From positions 62,001 through 126,000 of the forward strand of contig DF237084.1 of assembly GCA_000708835.1 (NCBI GenBank): a stretch of DNA of 64,000 nt. Reading direction: 5' to 3'. Positions within the stretch are counted from its first letter, which is position 1. Each line of letters starts with the position of its first letter. Shown in pieces: positions 24,701 to 37,172 of this stretch. Source of the stretch: Klebsormidium nitens. Lineage: Eukaryota; Plantae; Klebsormidiophyceae. The notes under the pieces are model-generated. The model saw only the letters and a program-made list of their open reading frames with translations, was not told where the DNA came from and did no database searches. A program made the position numbers and the translations under genes.

Positions 24701-26102
24701 ATGGAGCTTTCAAGCTGTTGAACTTATGTTACTGGGTTGAAAAGATCGTCAAATACTGCGGCTTTGACGCCCAGCTGCATTGTAACCTGTAAACTTTACT
24801 TCTGGATACGTCCTGAGAGCTTCGCCCAATTCAACCGTCGATCCGGTCCGGCTGAAACAACCCAGGAAGTCTTCGCTGGGTTCGCGCCCTAGAATGACGA
24901 ACAACCAACGACCCACCAACTTCTAAGTAGTCGAAAAGTGTCGCTTGATCCTTTCCGCAGAGTGATGGCGGTCGACCTCGCCCCCAAGGGCATCACAGTC
25001 AACTCGATCGCGCCCGGCGTCCATCCCGGCACAGGGATGACCGGGCCGGTTGCAGAGCACACCAAGCAGGCGGTCAAGGCAATCCCCGATGGCAGGTACG
25101 TCAGCACACCGGTTCTGTGGACAACACCAAACAGTCGGTTAAGGCAGTGCCCGATGGCAGGTACGTAGCAAACCCGTTCTTTAGTAGGCCACATCTGCGA
25201 TTTGTGCAGCCAGAACGGAGCGCTTCCTGTCGGAGTTTGGAAGGGCTGGCCAACGGTTGGAACCCAGGTGCGTTCGTAGGAAGCGGTCGCGTGTGACGGC
25301 CAATGAAGCCTCGTCTGCTGGTTGGTCTCACCGCCTCCCTACAAGCGGAGCGGTTGCGTACGTTCAAAGCGCGTCTTGCTTTGAGCTTGTACTGAGCGGC
25401 ATCACATCCTCAAAAGCTGCCCGATGAGGTTGAGGCTTTCGAGCGAGTTCTTGTTTCCTTGATTGAGGTTCTAACTTCTCTTGTACGCTCTACTCGCTGA
25501 CAAAGCAGGTATAATCGCACGTCTACACCCTCATGAGTGCAAATAGTTCACGCGCTGCCTCATGTGTCCTACAACCCAGACCTTAGCTTTGACCGCCTCT
25601 TTCGCATCGGGTCCGCTTTTCAACAGCCACTCCATATGCGGATCCTTCTGAGTACCATCAGGAGGGGACGCGTCACATTCTGTCCCTGAAAAGTATTTGA
25701 ACAGCGACCGCGAAAGGTGCGTCCGACACACACTTGGATACTTTGTGCTGCGCGCTCAAACTCGGGCCCGTTGAACGCAGGGTCAACATGTTGCAGCGCC
25801 AGTCTGTAACTCATTTAGGTGCGACATCACCAAAATCCGACAATGCACTATCCCCCGCCTTCCGTGGACGTATCGAACACCTCGTCGAAAAGGAAGTGTT
25901 GTCCTTGCGTCTAAGGGCCCCAACAAACGTTGGCTGTGCGTGCAGGTGGGGCGACCCTGACGCGACGGACCTGATGGGCACTCTCCTGTTGCTTGCGAGC
26001 GAGCGCGGGGCGCGGCACATGGTGGGTGCGATCATCCCCATCGACGGCGGACATCACCTGTACACCATGGACATGTTTAATCCGACCGGCATCTTCCAGT
26101 GA
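21741..26102 (+). CDS. classical short-chain dehydrogenase/reductase
   Basis: Exons 21741-21927 ([12 protein letters not shown]), 22929-23048, 23745-23992 (VNNAG..YSATK catalytic YxxxK), 24961-25095 (ITVNSIAPG), 25946-26102 (IPIDGG). Intron 23993-24960 is GC-AG. Confidence 0.92.
25064..25166 (+). repeat. duplicated SDR exon end plus donor (65-bp offset)
   Basis: aagcaggcggtcaaggcaatccccgatggcag|gtacgt (donor 25096) versus aaacagtcggttaaggcagtgcccgatggcag|gtacgt (25161). Confidence 0.85.
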
Positions 26103-27434
26103 GGAGTGCAAGGGCGAATATTGATCACAACGAAGCGCTTGTGGAATTTTCCACGGAAAGACGTGCGCGTTGAAATAAGGTCTAGTGCAGGAATGAAAGG
26201 CGCACGTGCAGGATTTGGAGCTTGCACGAGTTTTTGAAATTCAAGGAATGAACTTGGTGGGCTGTATAGGGAGTGCGTACAACGGATTTGTACTGTAGTG
26301 TGAGAAAATTTCCGCATGCATGACAATTAATGTGACAATTAAATGTAACCTTGGAGGAGCCTTGGACTCAGCCGCCTTGGACCTTACAAGCTGCTAGCTT
26401 ACAAAAGAGCTATGCTCAGGACAAGTGAGGGTATATATTGATGACTGGGTTAACTACTACTGGTCTTGCATAGTGCACTAGGCGGGCAGCAGTGTGCCAT
26501 GCAAATTGTCGACGCATCGTGGAAGCAAGCCCCCCGGCAGCTCTGGTGTGGATCATCATGCCAGTAAACCAAAGGGACTGCATGTGGTACTGATAGTTGG
26601 GCCGATCAATCATGCAGTCATAACGACACTTCGACGCCAGCCACTGCGTACGGCTAATCTTCACTTATGCAACTATGTGAAAGCTCTGATCGTCGACAAG
26701 CCATGCATGAGTTTGCAATGCATGGCATACTGCCAGCTTGCCTTTCATTTGTACATGAGCTTTGAGTGACCAGCGGGATCTGACAATCCGTGAAACTTTT
26801 AGGAACAATTATAACCCACACGATTGAGTCAATTTGAGCGCAAAGGTCCCGCGGACAGGCCGTTGTTTGCTTGAATTCGAGAGCGCACTCCTATACGAGC
26901 GATTGTTGCGTTGCCAGGTTTTGTCAACTTCAGGCTTATGCAAGCCTGACTCTGACCTTCCAAAAATTTGAACGCATGTCATACATGTGAACGGACTGGT
27001 CATGTTGCAACTTGAAGTTTGCAAGAATCGCATGCAGCAAAGAGAGTCTAGTATAACACGGGCACGCAGAAAATATGCATGACACGATAGTTCTTCCATT
27101 GGTACGGATTGATCCCTGGCTCCTCGACCTGGTCTTCATAGCTGACGGGTGGCGTCTACCATCAAGTGCTATCACAACTATGGCGGATCAGATCCTATCT
27201 GAGCGTTGCCCTCTTTTGACTGTTCGTTGCTCCAGGCTTTACCTTTGCATACAACGGGCACTACCGACGACCCATGCAGTCGTCTTCGCTTGGAGCCACA
27301 ATCGACCACCGACAGTCGGACTGGAAAGCCCCTGGATTGTGAAGGAAAACTTTAGGAGGGGAGCGGATGCTTGGATCACACGACTCGGCATCCGGGCATA
27401 GCCTTCCAATCTTCAAATTTCCTAAAGAACCTGA

Positions 27435-27536
27435 AAAGGGCGAAGGCCGACTAGGCGGATGTGCGAAGACTAAAGGGCGGTTCCGAAAGGGCGACGGCCG
27501 ACTAGGCGGATGTGCGAAGACTAAAGGGCGGTTCCG
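27435..27536. repeat. near-perfect 51-bp tandem duplication, intergenic
   Basis: aaagggcga(a/c)ggccgactaggcggatgtgcgaagactaaagggcggttccg x2 with one mismatch. Confidence 0.95.
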
Positions 27537-29399
27537 TTCAGGAGATGAAGAAAGAGATGCGACGTTCTTTGAGTTGCAGGGCCAAGGAGTGGATTCAATT
27601 GCTCCTGCACTGTGTGAGCGAACAAAAGCGAGAGACTGGCACTTTCTCGGGGTTCAAGTTCAAGCACGGACGAAGAGACGCTTCATGGAGGCTTTAAGAA
27701 ACGGTCATAAGAACGTAACTTCGAGCCGTCAACACAAAGTACGAGAGCGGTAGTCGAGAAGGAAACTCCAACCTGGTACGACAATGTAGTGCACCCGAAC
27801 ACAGATTGCAGACACCCCAAACAGCCACCAAGGACCTGATAGGACAGAAGGACGAGGACAGGAGGAGCACAAAAGTTCTACTGCTCTGGCGGACGCGTTG
27901 TACAACAGACGTGCAATAGAAAGAAAACACTGGAGCCTAGTTCTCTTCCAGCCCCGGGAGAAAAGTTTCGTGCCACGAGCAGTCCAGAATTAAACAGGCT
28001 ACAGAAGCGTCTGATGCGACTCGTCAGCATCAGACGGCTTACGTTAGGCTCCACCTGTTGGGAAGTCATGTCCTTCCGGCGCTCTGTCCCTCAGACCAGC
28101 CAGCTGACCAGCTCGTGGGTCCGATCCCCGCCCAAGGGAACAAGTTGCCCAGTAAGTCGTGAGGCTAGATGACGTCAGCCAAGCCGTCGCTGCTGCTGGA
28201 ACCGTGCCGATGTGGTGTGGGCTGCTCTACTGAGCCGATGCAGTGTGGAATAGTGCCAGTGGCGCAAAACCGGCGACTTTGCAGCAGGGACGAGGAATCT
28301 TGTGGAAACGATGGCAGCGGTCTGCGCGTGTGGGCCTGCAGGGGCGACAGGGATTGGGGTCGACACCGCAACCGAAGACAATTGTGGCTGTAATGCTAGA
28401 GTCTAGATCCTTTGCACGCTCTTTTGCAGGCGCCTCTTAATCTCGTCTTTGGAGCAGATTCTCACAGGACCAGTCTCTGGTCACCTGTAGCTTCACGAGA
28501 CCCGCAGGCAAAGCTTTGGGCAGGACGACGCAAAAGGAGGCAGGAAATGTGTTTGGCTAAGTCGCGAACGTCCAAACCTTGGCCAGTCAGCGGCTGCTCA
28601 ATTACTGGATTCTGTGCCAACCTGCTTGCCTGCATTCCACGGTCGGACATGGCTTGTGAAGGTGAACTCCACGCCCCCAGTTGTAAAACGGACATTCCTC
28701 TGGCTCGGCTGTTGGACCCCGATTTTTGCTTGTCAAGACTCGATAGAGTAGGACCATTGTTTCAAAAGCAATTAGCGCAGAGGCCAGCTCATACGAGCAA
28801 GGTCTGAGGCAACTTGCAGGGATATAGGTTAGAAACCAGTTCCCAAGAGCTTGTCTCTTACCGCAAGTGCCGCAGCTGAGTGCCTCACGTCGAAGAGCTT
28901 TCGCTTCGTCTGAACCGTGCATGGCACAAGGTGCCGCGCATCTCCCAGAGTCAGCCGAGAGCGGACCACTACTGGTGACGTAGTCGGAGTCTTAAATGCT
29001 GTCAGCGTCGGATGCTCGATCGACATGGCGACTCAGCGTCCTGAATGAAAAGACATGGCGCCTTCAGCGTGAAAGATGTCAAATCGCGCGAAAGGAAAGT
29101 TCGAGTCAGCTCGTCGATCTGCAATAGCTGTGACAGGAACATTCCGCTTCGTCCCGACCTCCCAAAAAGGATTGAACTTGTATGAGTTGAAGAGTGGAAA
29201 AGACGGACCCTATGACGGTCAACAGCCTTTGGGGAAAGTAACCTGTAGAAGTGGTGGAACTGTGCATTGTCTTCGAACACGATAAGATGAATGGTGATCT
29301 TGCGAATCCGAGTCTTGCTAGAAACACCATCATCTGACACTGACACTTGATGCACACACCCTCGTCTGGATGAGCGGCAAACAGTTGGTGACAAGATTC

Positions 29400-30846
29400 T
29401 CAAAATATAGTCGCTCCCACAGAAGTTATTGTACTATGCTGCCAACATTGATAACAAGAGATGCGATGGACAGCTAGCAACCGCATAGACAATGAGACTT
29501 TACCGCATCCTCCAAGTTCTGAAAAACCTCCTGAGCTATTGAAGGCTGCTTCAAGATTGTTCAAGATGGCCCTTACTGTCGAGGAAACAAGCATACTGCT
29601 CCAGTCAATGGCAACAGCATTTTGGTGTGTTCCATGCTCCACAACGTGTTCCAACGATCTCCCATCATGCGCTGTACCCTTGCAAGCAAAAAGACGGCGG
29701 CAACCGTTTTGCAGAGCTTGCAAAAAGCTAACCTCATTTTGAATAATGCAACAAAAACGCTCACCTTTCAGCAGCTTCCCCCTGCTGACCCCTTCCATCA
29801 TATTGTCTGGCTTGGCATTAGCCCCCATGCATGAACGCTGTTCAGAAGCTTCCTTTAGTCTTCTCTTTCGAGCCCGCTCTACGGGTTTTACGCATCCTTT
29901 ACAGCAGGACTTAAGACCATCGCTGCTGTACTTGTTTTTGTAGAAGTCGTCCGCCGGTTTCACCTTTCCACAGATGCCACACTTTTTGTCTTTTGTCTCC
30001 CTTTGGAAGATACATGGAAGCCCTCTTTACAATTGTCCGATAGTGTGCTCCAGATTTGTTCTGGCATGCTTTGCACTTGCGAATAGCCCTTGCAAGTAAA
30101 CCATTCCATTTGGCAAATTCTCCCGCCAGCTTGATCTTACCACACACATTACACTGGCGCGAAGTTTCCGGCGGCACATCATGCAATAGCCTGCTTGCCA
30201 TTTCGCTTTGACAGCTCCGGCAATGGCTGGCCAGCTTATCCTTCCGCCCCCGATTTCTAGCAAAATCTCGCACTTCCTTAAATACACCGCACACAGGGCA
30301 AACCTTGCCCTTATCCCATGCCAGCTCCAAGCTCCAAGCCAGATGATGCAATGGTTTCCCTGCTCGCCGCAACCGGAAAGCAGCCAGGCATCCTCTGCAG
30401 GTGTCTGTCCGCCCATCTACACTCGTCTTTGTTGTCTCAAAATCCACATGCAGCTTTTGACGGTGGCATGTGGTGCACTGTTTACTTGGGCCAGGTCCAA
30501 CAGCAGGCCCAGGTTGTTCCGCTGCCTTTGGGACACTGTCCTTGGTCTGACTGAATTTCCTGTTGCTGATAGATGAGGCTGACCGGAGCTGATTGATTGC
30601 TTCGTCTTTTGCAGACAATTGAAGAGCCAGTAAAATGCCAGTCAGCATTGGCAGCTTTTGCAGCTTGAAGCGGCCAAGGCCCCCCTCGCAAGCCTGCTGA
30701 GAACTTACATGAGCGCCGGAAGTTGCTTGACAAACCGCACTGGTTGCTACCCTTGGAACGATGTTTGTTGCCGCTTGGAGGATGCATACTCTACTTGCTG
30801 AGGACCCCAAGAGGGGCAGAGCTCGAAAGAACGTCGCTGCCTGCAT
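29400..30846 (-). pseudogene. Zn-ribbon tandem-repeat protein, paralog B (single frameshift)
   Basis: ORF 29911-30846 carries repeats 1-3 (CTTC..CRGC, CPVC..CRSC, CNVC..CKAC) and ORF 29400-29963 carries repeat 4 (CGICGKVKPADDFYKNKYSSDGLKSCCKGC). Removing one copy of the 7-bp duplication TTTTGTC (29984-29997) joins them in frame into 479 aa. Confidence 0.85.
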
Positions 30847-31639
30847 TCAGTATCAAGGAGAGGAAGAGCGATAGCTGCAGCCCTCCCTGATGCCGTATAA
30901 CGAGCTGATACCTAGTAAGGACATGATGATGGAGCCCCATGCATTCCCTTCAAGTTAGAAGACACTCTGAAACTTTCAAGACGGAAGGGAAGCGGGCAGA
31001 ACGGAACAATGGAATTGAATGGAAATGAGAAAGCTGTTCCTTGAGGGAAGATTCGATTTTCTGCTCACCGCCGTCGAAGCGATGTGTTCGAATAGGATAA
31101 TGGCCCCCCTTTTTGCTTGCCGGCGCTTCCGGACAGGTCTACATCGCGGAACTGTTCCAGGTAAAAAAGCGCTGACAGCCAGAACTGACGGTTGTTTCAG
31201 CAGTTTTGACCGCTTCGACGACTTCTTGAGACGAAAGAAGTCAATTTTCTCCGTTTTATTCCCTTGAACTTCATCCCAAGCCATGCACAGAAGCTAGGCC
31301 AGCAGTTGTGCGCAACACCCAGCTTCGAATGCTGATCAATTTCCGTTCTCTCAAGTCTCTTCTGCTGAACGCACGTGCTGGACTGCCTGAGGCAGCGTGG
31401 CATTGGCGCTGTCAAAGTTCTTCCCTGAAGGGCATTGCGTAATACTGATTATACAGGAACGATTCACGAAGCATACCAGAAGCATCAGTGTTTGATGAAC
31501 CGTGGCAAGTTTTGTCTGGGCTTGCAGTCAAGTTTCGGCGTCTTCCATGTCCAGAACCGAATGTTCTGGCTTGCTTGAGCTGCTGCCTGGACCAGTGGTA
31601 CTGTGGCCAGCTTGGGGGCATTAACACACCCTTCCAAAG

Positions 31640-34600
31640 ATGGCTGCGGTTGTTGCAAAAGATGAAGAGCACGCTTGGGAGGAGGTAAGGTTGGGCCCCA
31701 GTTGGGCCTGCGACGCAGCTTACTGAAAGAAAATGCAGAGGGTCACCACAATCAGTCAGCCTTGATGTCACGTGCTTATTCCATTCCCCAAAAGGTTGTC
31801 ATGTTCCTATGTGCATTAAGATCGTGCTCTTAGCTTGAAGCAAGCAAGATGGTTTTGCCTCATTGCCACAGAAATGATGGAGGAGATTGATTGCGTAGCT
31901 CACCTGCAGCTCAGAGTAGTTCAAGAATTTTAGCGAAGGACCACCGCGTGATCTCTTACAAGCTGCCTGCGCTTTCAAGGAGGCACTGCCAGAATGACCA
32001 AGCGTCAGCTTTGATGCCCTCATCCAAGAACAGGCCTCAAGTAGGCAGTATGCAAGCTTTGCTACGCGAAAGCCAAGTAGACCTGAGCGTCGCCCCTGAC
32101 TGGCAAGTGGAATTCACCGCTGCTACAGTTTCTAGCTTCTGAAAGTTCTGCTTCTATAGAATCTCATAGAGACAGCTGATTGCCAGGCACTTAACCAACA
32201 TCAGATATGGGGGCTTTGTGGATTTCCATGTCCTCCAATCATGGAACACAGTACAGCAGTATCCTTTCAAACAGCAGTCTTACCCCATGACTCTGCAGAT
32301 GTCGGAGCTGGCACATTTGGTTCAACACAACGCTGCCGTTCGCCTGCAGCTGTTGGAGGTAGAAGACATGCTGGTGGCGTGGATGGACCTTCCGCCAGAG
32401 TGAGCTCCCAGGCCCCTCCTTTTCGCTGCAAATCACTAGTGAGCTTTTGTTGTCCATCTCTTGAAGCTCGGATCTGGATACTATCTAGACTTCAGGGTTG
32501 AAATGTGGGCAGAGGTGTAAAGGCACTACGATTTTGAGAGGGTGATTACTGAGCGGGCTAGAGGATTGTCTTTCCTATACGGAGACCCAACGCTTCCTGC
32601 AGATCAACGTGCATCTTCATGTACTCCCCTCATTTTGATGCTTCACCTGCTCATGGTCAGGACAGCCTTGATTGAGGCACCCTAAAATCCTAAAGTTTTG
32701 CCCTAAAACCTTGAGAACCTTGAAAATCAATCCTCACTCTGTTTTCTGTTTGTCAGAAGTCCGGTGCTCCACTTGCCCCCTGCCAGCCCCTACTTTCGTA
32801 TGTTGGTCCACCGCTTGGTGGAGGCTTTTGGGTGAGGGCTCCGATCGTTCTCCTTTCCTGCCCGTTTGGATGAGATCCACTCGCCTTTTGATCATCATGA
32901 GGAACTATCAAGACCCTTATACTTGAACACGCTTCTCTTTCGAGTAAGTTGATTTCTATCCTGTCGTTGATGAGAGCAGCCTCTGAAAGGTTTGATCTCG
33001 AGTAGGCACCATTGAGAGCTTTCGGGGCTGAGAACTCCAACATATCATTAGAAGACAGTGGGCTGAATCTAGTCTCGCTTTATGTTGGGTTCTGAACATT
33101 TTGTTCGATTGAAGTAGGATCCAGGTTCGTGCATTCGCTTCTGGACATTTTGTATGATTGAAGAAGGATCCAGGTCCGTGCATTCAGTTCGGTTCTGTCT
33201 CAGAAGAATCGGGTTTGACCGCTTCACTGAAGGTTTGTGTTGCTGTTCCCTTCTTCATTGGAAGCTGCTCTTGTCAGGCTTGCCACATATCTTGCAAATT
33301 ACAGATCAGATCGACGTCTTCTGCGGCCAGAAAGCATGGCCTACTTTTGCTCCGCGCAGGGTGACCCACGTGTCGTTTGGAGAAGGCGAGGACAGACACA
33401 TCGTTCTCCAGCGAAACGAAGACTCGGAAGTGTAAGTGCCTGCATCTTGTTGAATTCAGAGCATGCTCCGATACGCTGACTGTTGCACTGAAGAGTCGGG
33501 GGCCGTTGTTCGGGCTGTTTCGACAAGCAGTAGCGGCACAGTCAGTATGTCAGTAGGTAGCGATTAGACTCCCGCTGCTCCAGAACATGCGGAAGATGGT
33601 GACCGTTCGATTCCGTATCTGAAAAGCTCGCTTCTCGATCGTGACTTTCCCTACTCCATCATGTCGCTTTTTGATATTGAGTCCCAAAACGACTACTAAA
33701 ATTGCCCTCATCTCGACATCCTGGGAGCAAGTCCTCTTTAGGCATTGTTTTATGTCTATCGGACTTGTGCGAACGGTATTGCCAGTACGAATCAACGTGT
33801 TTCGCCTTCTCTCAAATCTGGCTTCTCGTGCATATCGCATCATCATTGGTCCGTTCCACGTCCGAGAACCTGGCACACGGCGCGCAAAATGATGACGTGG
33901 AGGTCTGCGTGGGTTTCTTTGCAGCCCTCCGTTGCTCCTGTTGGACGTCCTGAGCGTTGCGGACGGTCCGTCTCTGCCCTCGGCAGCGCCCCAGATACTT
34001 CGACGCTTGTCAGGTGATGAGATACCGTTCCATTCCAGCGTCGTTTTGAGGCTTTTGAGAATTGGTCTTCCGTTTTCATCTGGCCTGACCACCGAGTTTG
34101 GTTCTTACATTGCGGCTAAACTTACAGCAGGTTTATGTGGGTTTCCGTAGCTTAGGGTCCCTGTCCGGGCCCAAGAGTAAGCTTTCGTCGACCTTTTTAG
34201 ACACGAAGAAGGGAGGTTGAAATTGTTTTCTCAGCAGTGTTCCAGATGAGTCTTGAAGGTGGAAACCTGCGCCCAGGTCGCCGCACTGTGCCTGAACGAA
34301 GCAGGTAGAAACATTTGGCTTTCTGGAGAGGTTACCCCTGACAATGCTCTCGTATTCAATTGTTTGGAGCAGAGTGCGCTGAATCGCTCGTTCTTTCAAC
34401 ATGGAACCCTGGGTATGACGGAAAGCCAACAACGAGATGGGCTCACCACTTCGGATCTCCTCGGTAAGGGGAAAGCATAATAAAATTTCTTTAAGAAAGT
34501 TTCTCAAGAAGTTTCTCTAAGATAATTTCACCAAGGAATCTCTAGCTTATACAAGGCAAGGAGAGCTAGAAAGAAGGAGCGAAGTAGTGTATGGAGCTGA

Positions 34601-36212
34601 GAAACCGCTTGAAAGTGGTGCTGCCTCAACTCAGATATCAGAGAATGAGGATTGACGCGGTGGAGCCACCGGCCAATCCGCCGGCAATGCTTTGGACAGC
34701 TCAGCCTCCGAACGAGGTCGCTCATAAGATCTCCTCGTCGATCTAGTTCTGCCTCCGCCTTTCTGACCGTTCGACACGTGTCAACTTGCAGCCGACCCGG
34801 CTGACGGCACTCCGCCCCCAAAGACGCCGCCCGACCCGCTCCCCACTCTCTCCGAGCGTCAGCAAGCGTACGAGGAGGCGCGCGCGCGCATTTTTGCCCG
34901 CGATTATTCGGACGGGATTGGCGGACCGTCCGAAGACTACGAGCGGACGACCGAGAGGGAGCGCCGCGTGCCGGTCGTGGCGCAGCGGCTGATCGGGCGC
35001 GCGCTCGGGGTGGCGACCGGGGGAACAAGGGGTGGGGAGAACTTGCGGACGGGGCAAAATGGGGCTCGGAATGATGAGAACGGTCAGCTAGGAGTAACGA
35101 GTAGTAGAAATGACTCGCAGACGGAGGGGAACTTTAGAAAGGGCGAGAAAACGGGAGGGAGCGATTGCATCGAGAAAGGACCGCAGACGGGGGTAACTAG
35201 GGATGGGGAAAATGAAGGTCGCGGCGGAGCGAGGGTTCTGAAAGCGGTACCGGGACAGGCCAGTCTCGGGGAAATGGTAGAAAGACGTGGCGGTGCGGAA
35301 AACGCCGTCCGCCTTTCGGACGCGCGACGAGGAGTGGAAAAGGGCGGTACGGACTGTGAGGGAAAGGAACGTAAGGATTGTGACGACGGGCTGCAACAGC
35401 GGGGCTTGGAAAGTGCGCATGAGGAAACGGTAACTAGAGGTGACGGGAAAATGGTACTGAGCAAAGAGAGCGGCGGGAAAACGCTGGAGGCGGAGCGGAA
35501 GTCGTACCGGGGAGGGGGTCGAAAAAGAGCGACGAAGGCGCGCGACGGGAGCCAGTCCGGGAAACCGTCAAGTCCCAACGAAGTAGGAAGGGGAGAGGTT
35601 TCGAACGGACAAATTGAGGAAGCGAAGAATGGGGAGACAGGGGACAGCCCGGTGAGAAACGCGGTTCAAAATTTCGACGAAGATGGCGCGTCTGCAAAGA
35701 CGCCTTCGCACACAGGGTTACCGGAGCCAACCACGAGTTTGGCGGTGGATAGCGTTCAAAGGAGGGCGGGAAAGAGTCCCGGGCAGGGGGCGGGCGCCCG
35801 CATGTTTCGGATGGCACTTCCAAGGGGACAGGTTGGTCAGCGGGTTCGGACGGAGAGAAGTGTCCGAACGGGGGAGCTGCCGAAGGACGAGACAAGTGCA
35901 GGAGAGAGGCCGTGTCGAGAGTCTTTTCGTGCTTCTATTCAGAAGGATGTAGGTGACGTTGAAAATGGTCGAGATGTCTCCAATGTTTGTCCAAGTAAAA
36001 GAGAAGAAAGCTCGACAAGAAACAGTGATGCCGGTGAGTCCCAAGAATTCGAATGCAGAGATACGCACGCGTCGCGTCTTGAAAGGGATGAAGCAGCGGA
36101 GAAGGTAGAGTCAACAGTGAAGCGGAAAGGTTTGCCCCTTGTTGCGGGTAAGATGCTGTCGCATGCGCTGGGCCTCACGCAAAGGGGTTGGGGTCAAGTA
36201 GGCAGACCTTGA
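31640..36212 (+). CDS. R3H- and SUZ-domain RNA-binding protein with a long disordered C-terminus
   Basis: Exons 31640-31684, 32299-32399, 32757-32831 (LPPASPYFRMLVHRLVEAFG, RxxxH), 33360-33431 (HVSFGEGEDRHIVL), 33925-34013, 34792-36212 (TLSERQQAYEEARARIF, SUZ motif). Phases are consistent; the first exon is less certain. Confidence 0.85.
33090..33186. repeat. 49-bp tandem duplication in an R3H-gene intron
   Basis: ttctg(a/g)acattttgt..gattgaag(t/a)aggatccaggt(t/c)cgtgcattc x2. Confidence 0.9.
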
Positions 36213-37172
36213 TTCTAGGTTGTGCGTAATGAACGACCAGAGTCCAGTCCGACTGCCTATGCGGCTACCTATACTGCACCTGCCCCAATACTTCATCACC
36301 CGCTTACATGGGACTGCCCAATCGACTTCTAGTGTGAGCTGGATGTTCCATGACAGACGGTCATATCTTGCCGCTCATTGGAGTGTTTGTCATGCCGTAA
36401 ATTCGAGAATTTGCTGGCTCAACGTGAACGCGTGAACGCTTTCAAGCTATGTTCGGCGAGTCGTTCGTACGTGCAGTGTTGGGTCATTCGAGTGATCATA
36501 GACCGTCCATTTATACGGCCCTCTAGGTTGATTGGACACTTTGATAATACCATAAGCAAAACCTGATTCGAGTATTATAATGCATAAATTTGCAATTCCG
36601 AAAGATCCAGGGGAATCGACGATCAAATTCGCCCTGCTTAAGTCGAGTCCGGTCAACATGGGTGTCTTTTACAAGTAAGCCTCAAGCTGGCTTAGCACGC
36701 GCTTTTAAAATTGCAGTTGGCAAAATAAAATTCTTCAACACAATACTATAGGAATGCAAGTCTGCACATTGACAACGTATTTTGGCAAGTCGTAATAAAG
36801 TTTGATAAAGATAGAGCATTGTTCCGGGCTAGCTGCATGACGGGCCATCCGCGCACAGGATTCAAACCAGGATCGGAACTTGGACAGCATCTTCTTGGAA
36901 TATGTAGCTGCCTGACAATCATGTACTTATTCACCAATCACGCCGCCCGGCGCACAGAATCTGATGCAAAAATAAAAGACAAGACGGTAGTGATAACGGT
37001 GGCACCACATGCATTACTCAGACGCGGCCGCCACAGGGGGACAGTGACACTCTACTGTATCATTCGGTGAAGCGATTGGCAATTCACATGTGCATTTAAA
37101 AGCGGAACAGAGCAATAAAATCTACGTGAAGGAGATTGCAGCGACTCAGACGACGGACTCTCTAGAAAATCG

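Noticed and set aside
28790-28880. GATA-like or additional Zn finger (CGTC-x17-CLRPC) in minus ORF 28602-28922
   Set aside because: The second pair is Cx3C, the GATA TPxWR..LCNAC residues are absent, and it does not match the Zn-ribbon repeat consensus.
33600-33620. GTTCGATTC T-loop-like motif
   Set aside because: Flanks do not form a T-stem and there is no acceptor or D arm upstream.
33889-33954. C/D-box snoRNA-like ATGATGA...CTGA
   Set aside because: Overlaps a coding exon and its acceptor, with no terminal stem or recognisable guide.
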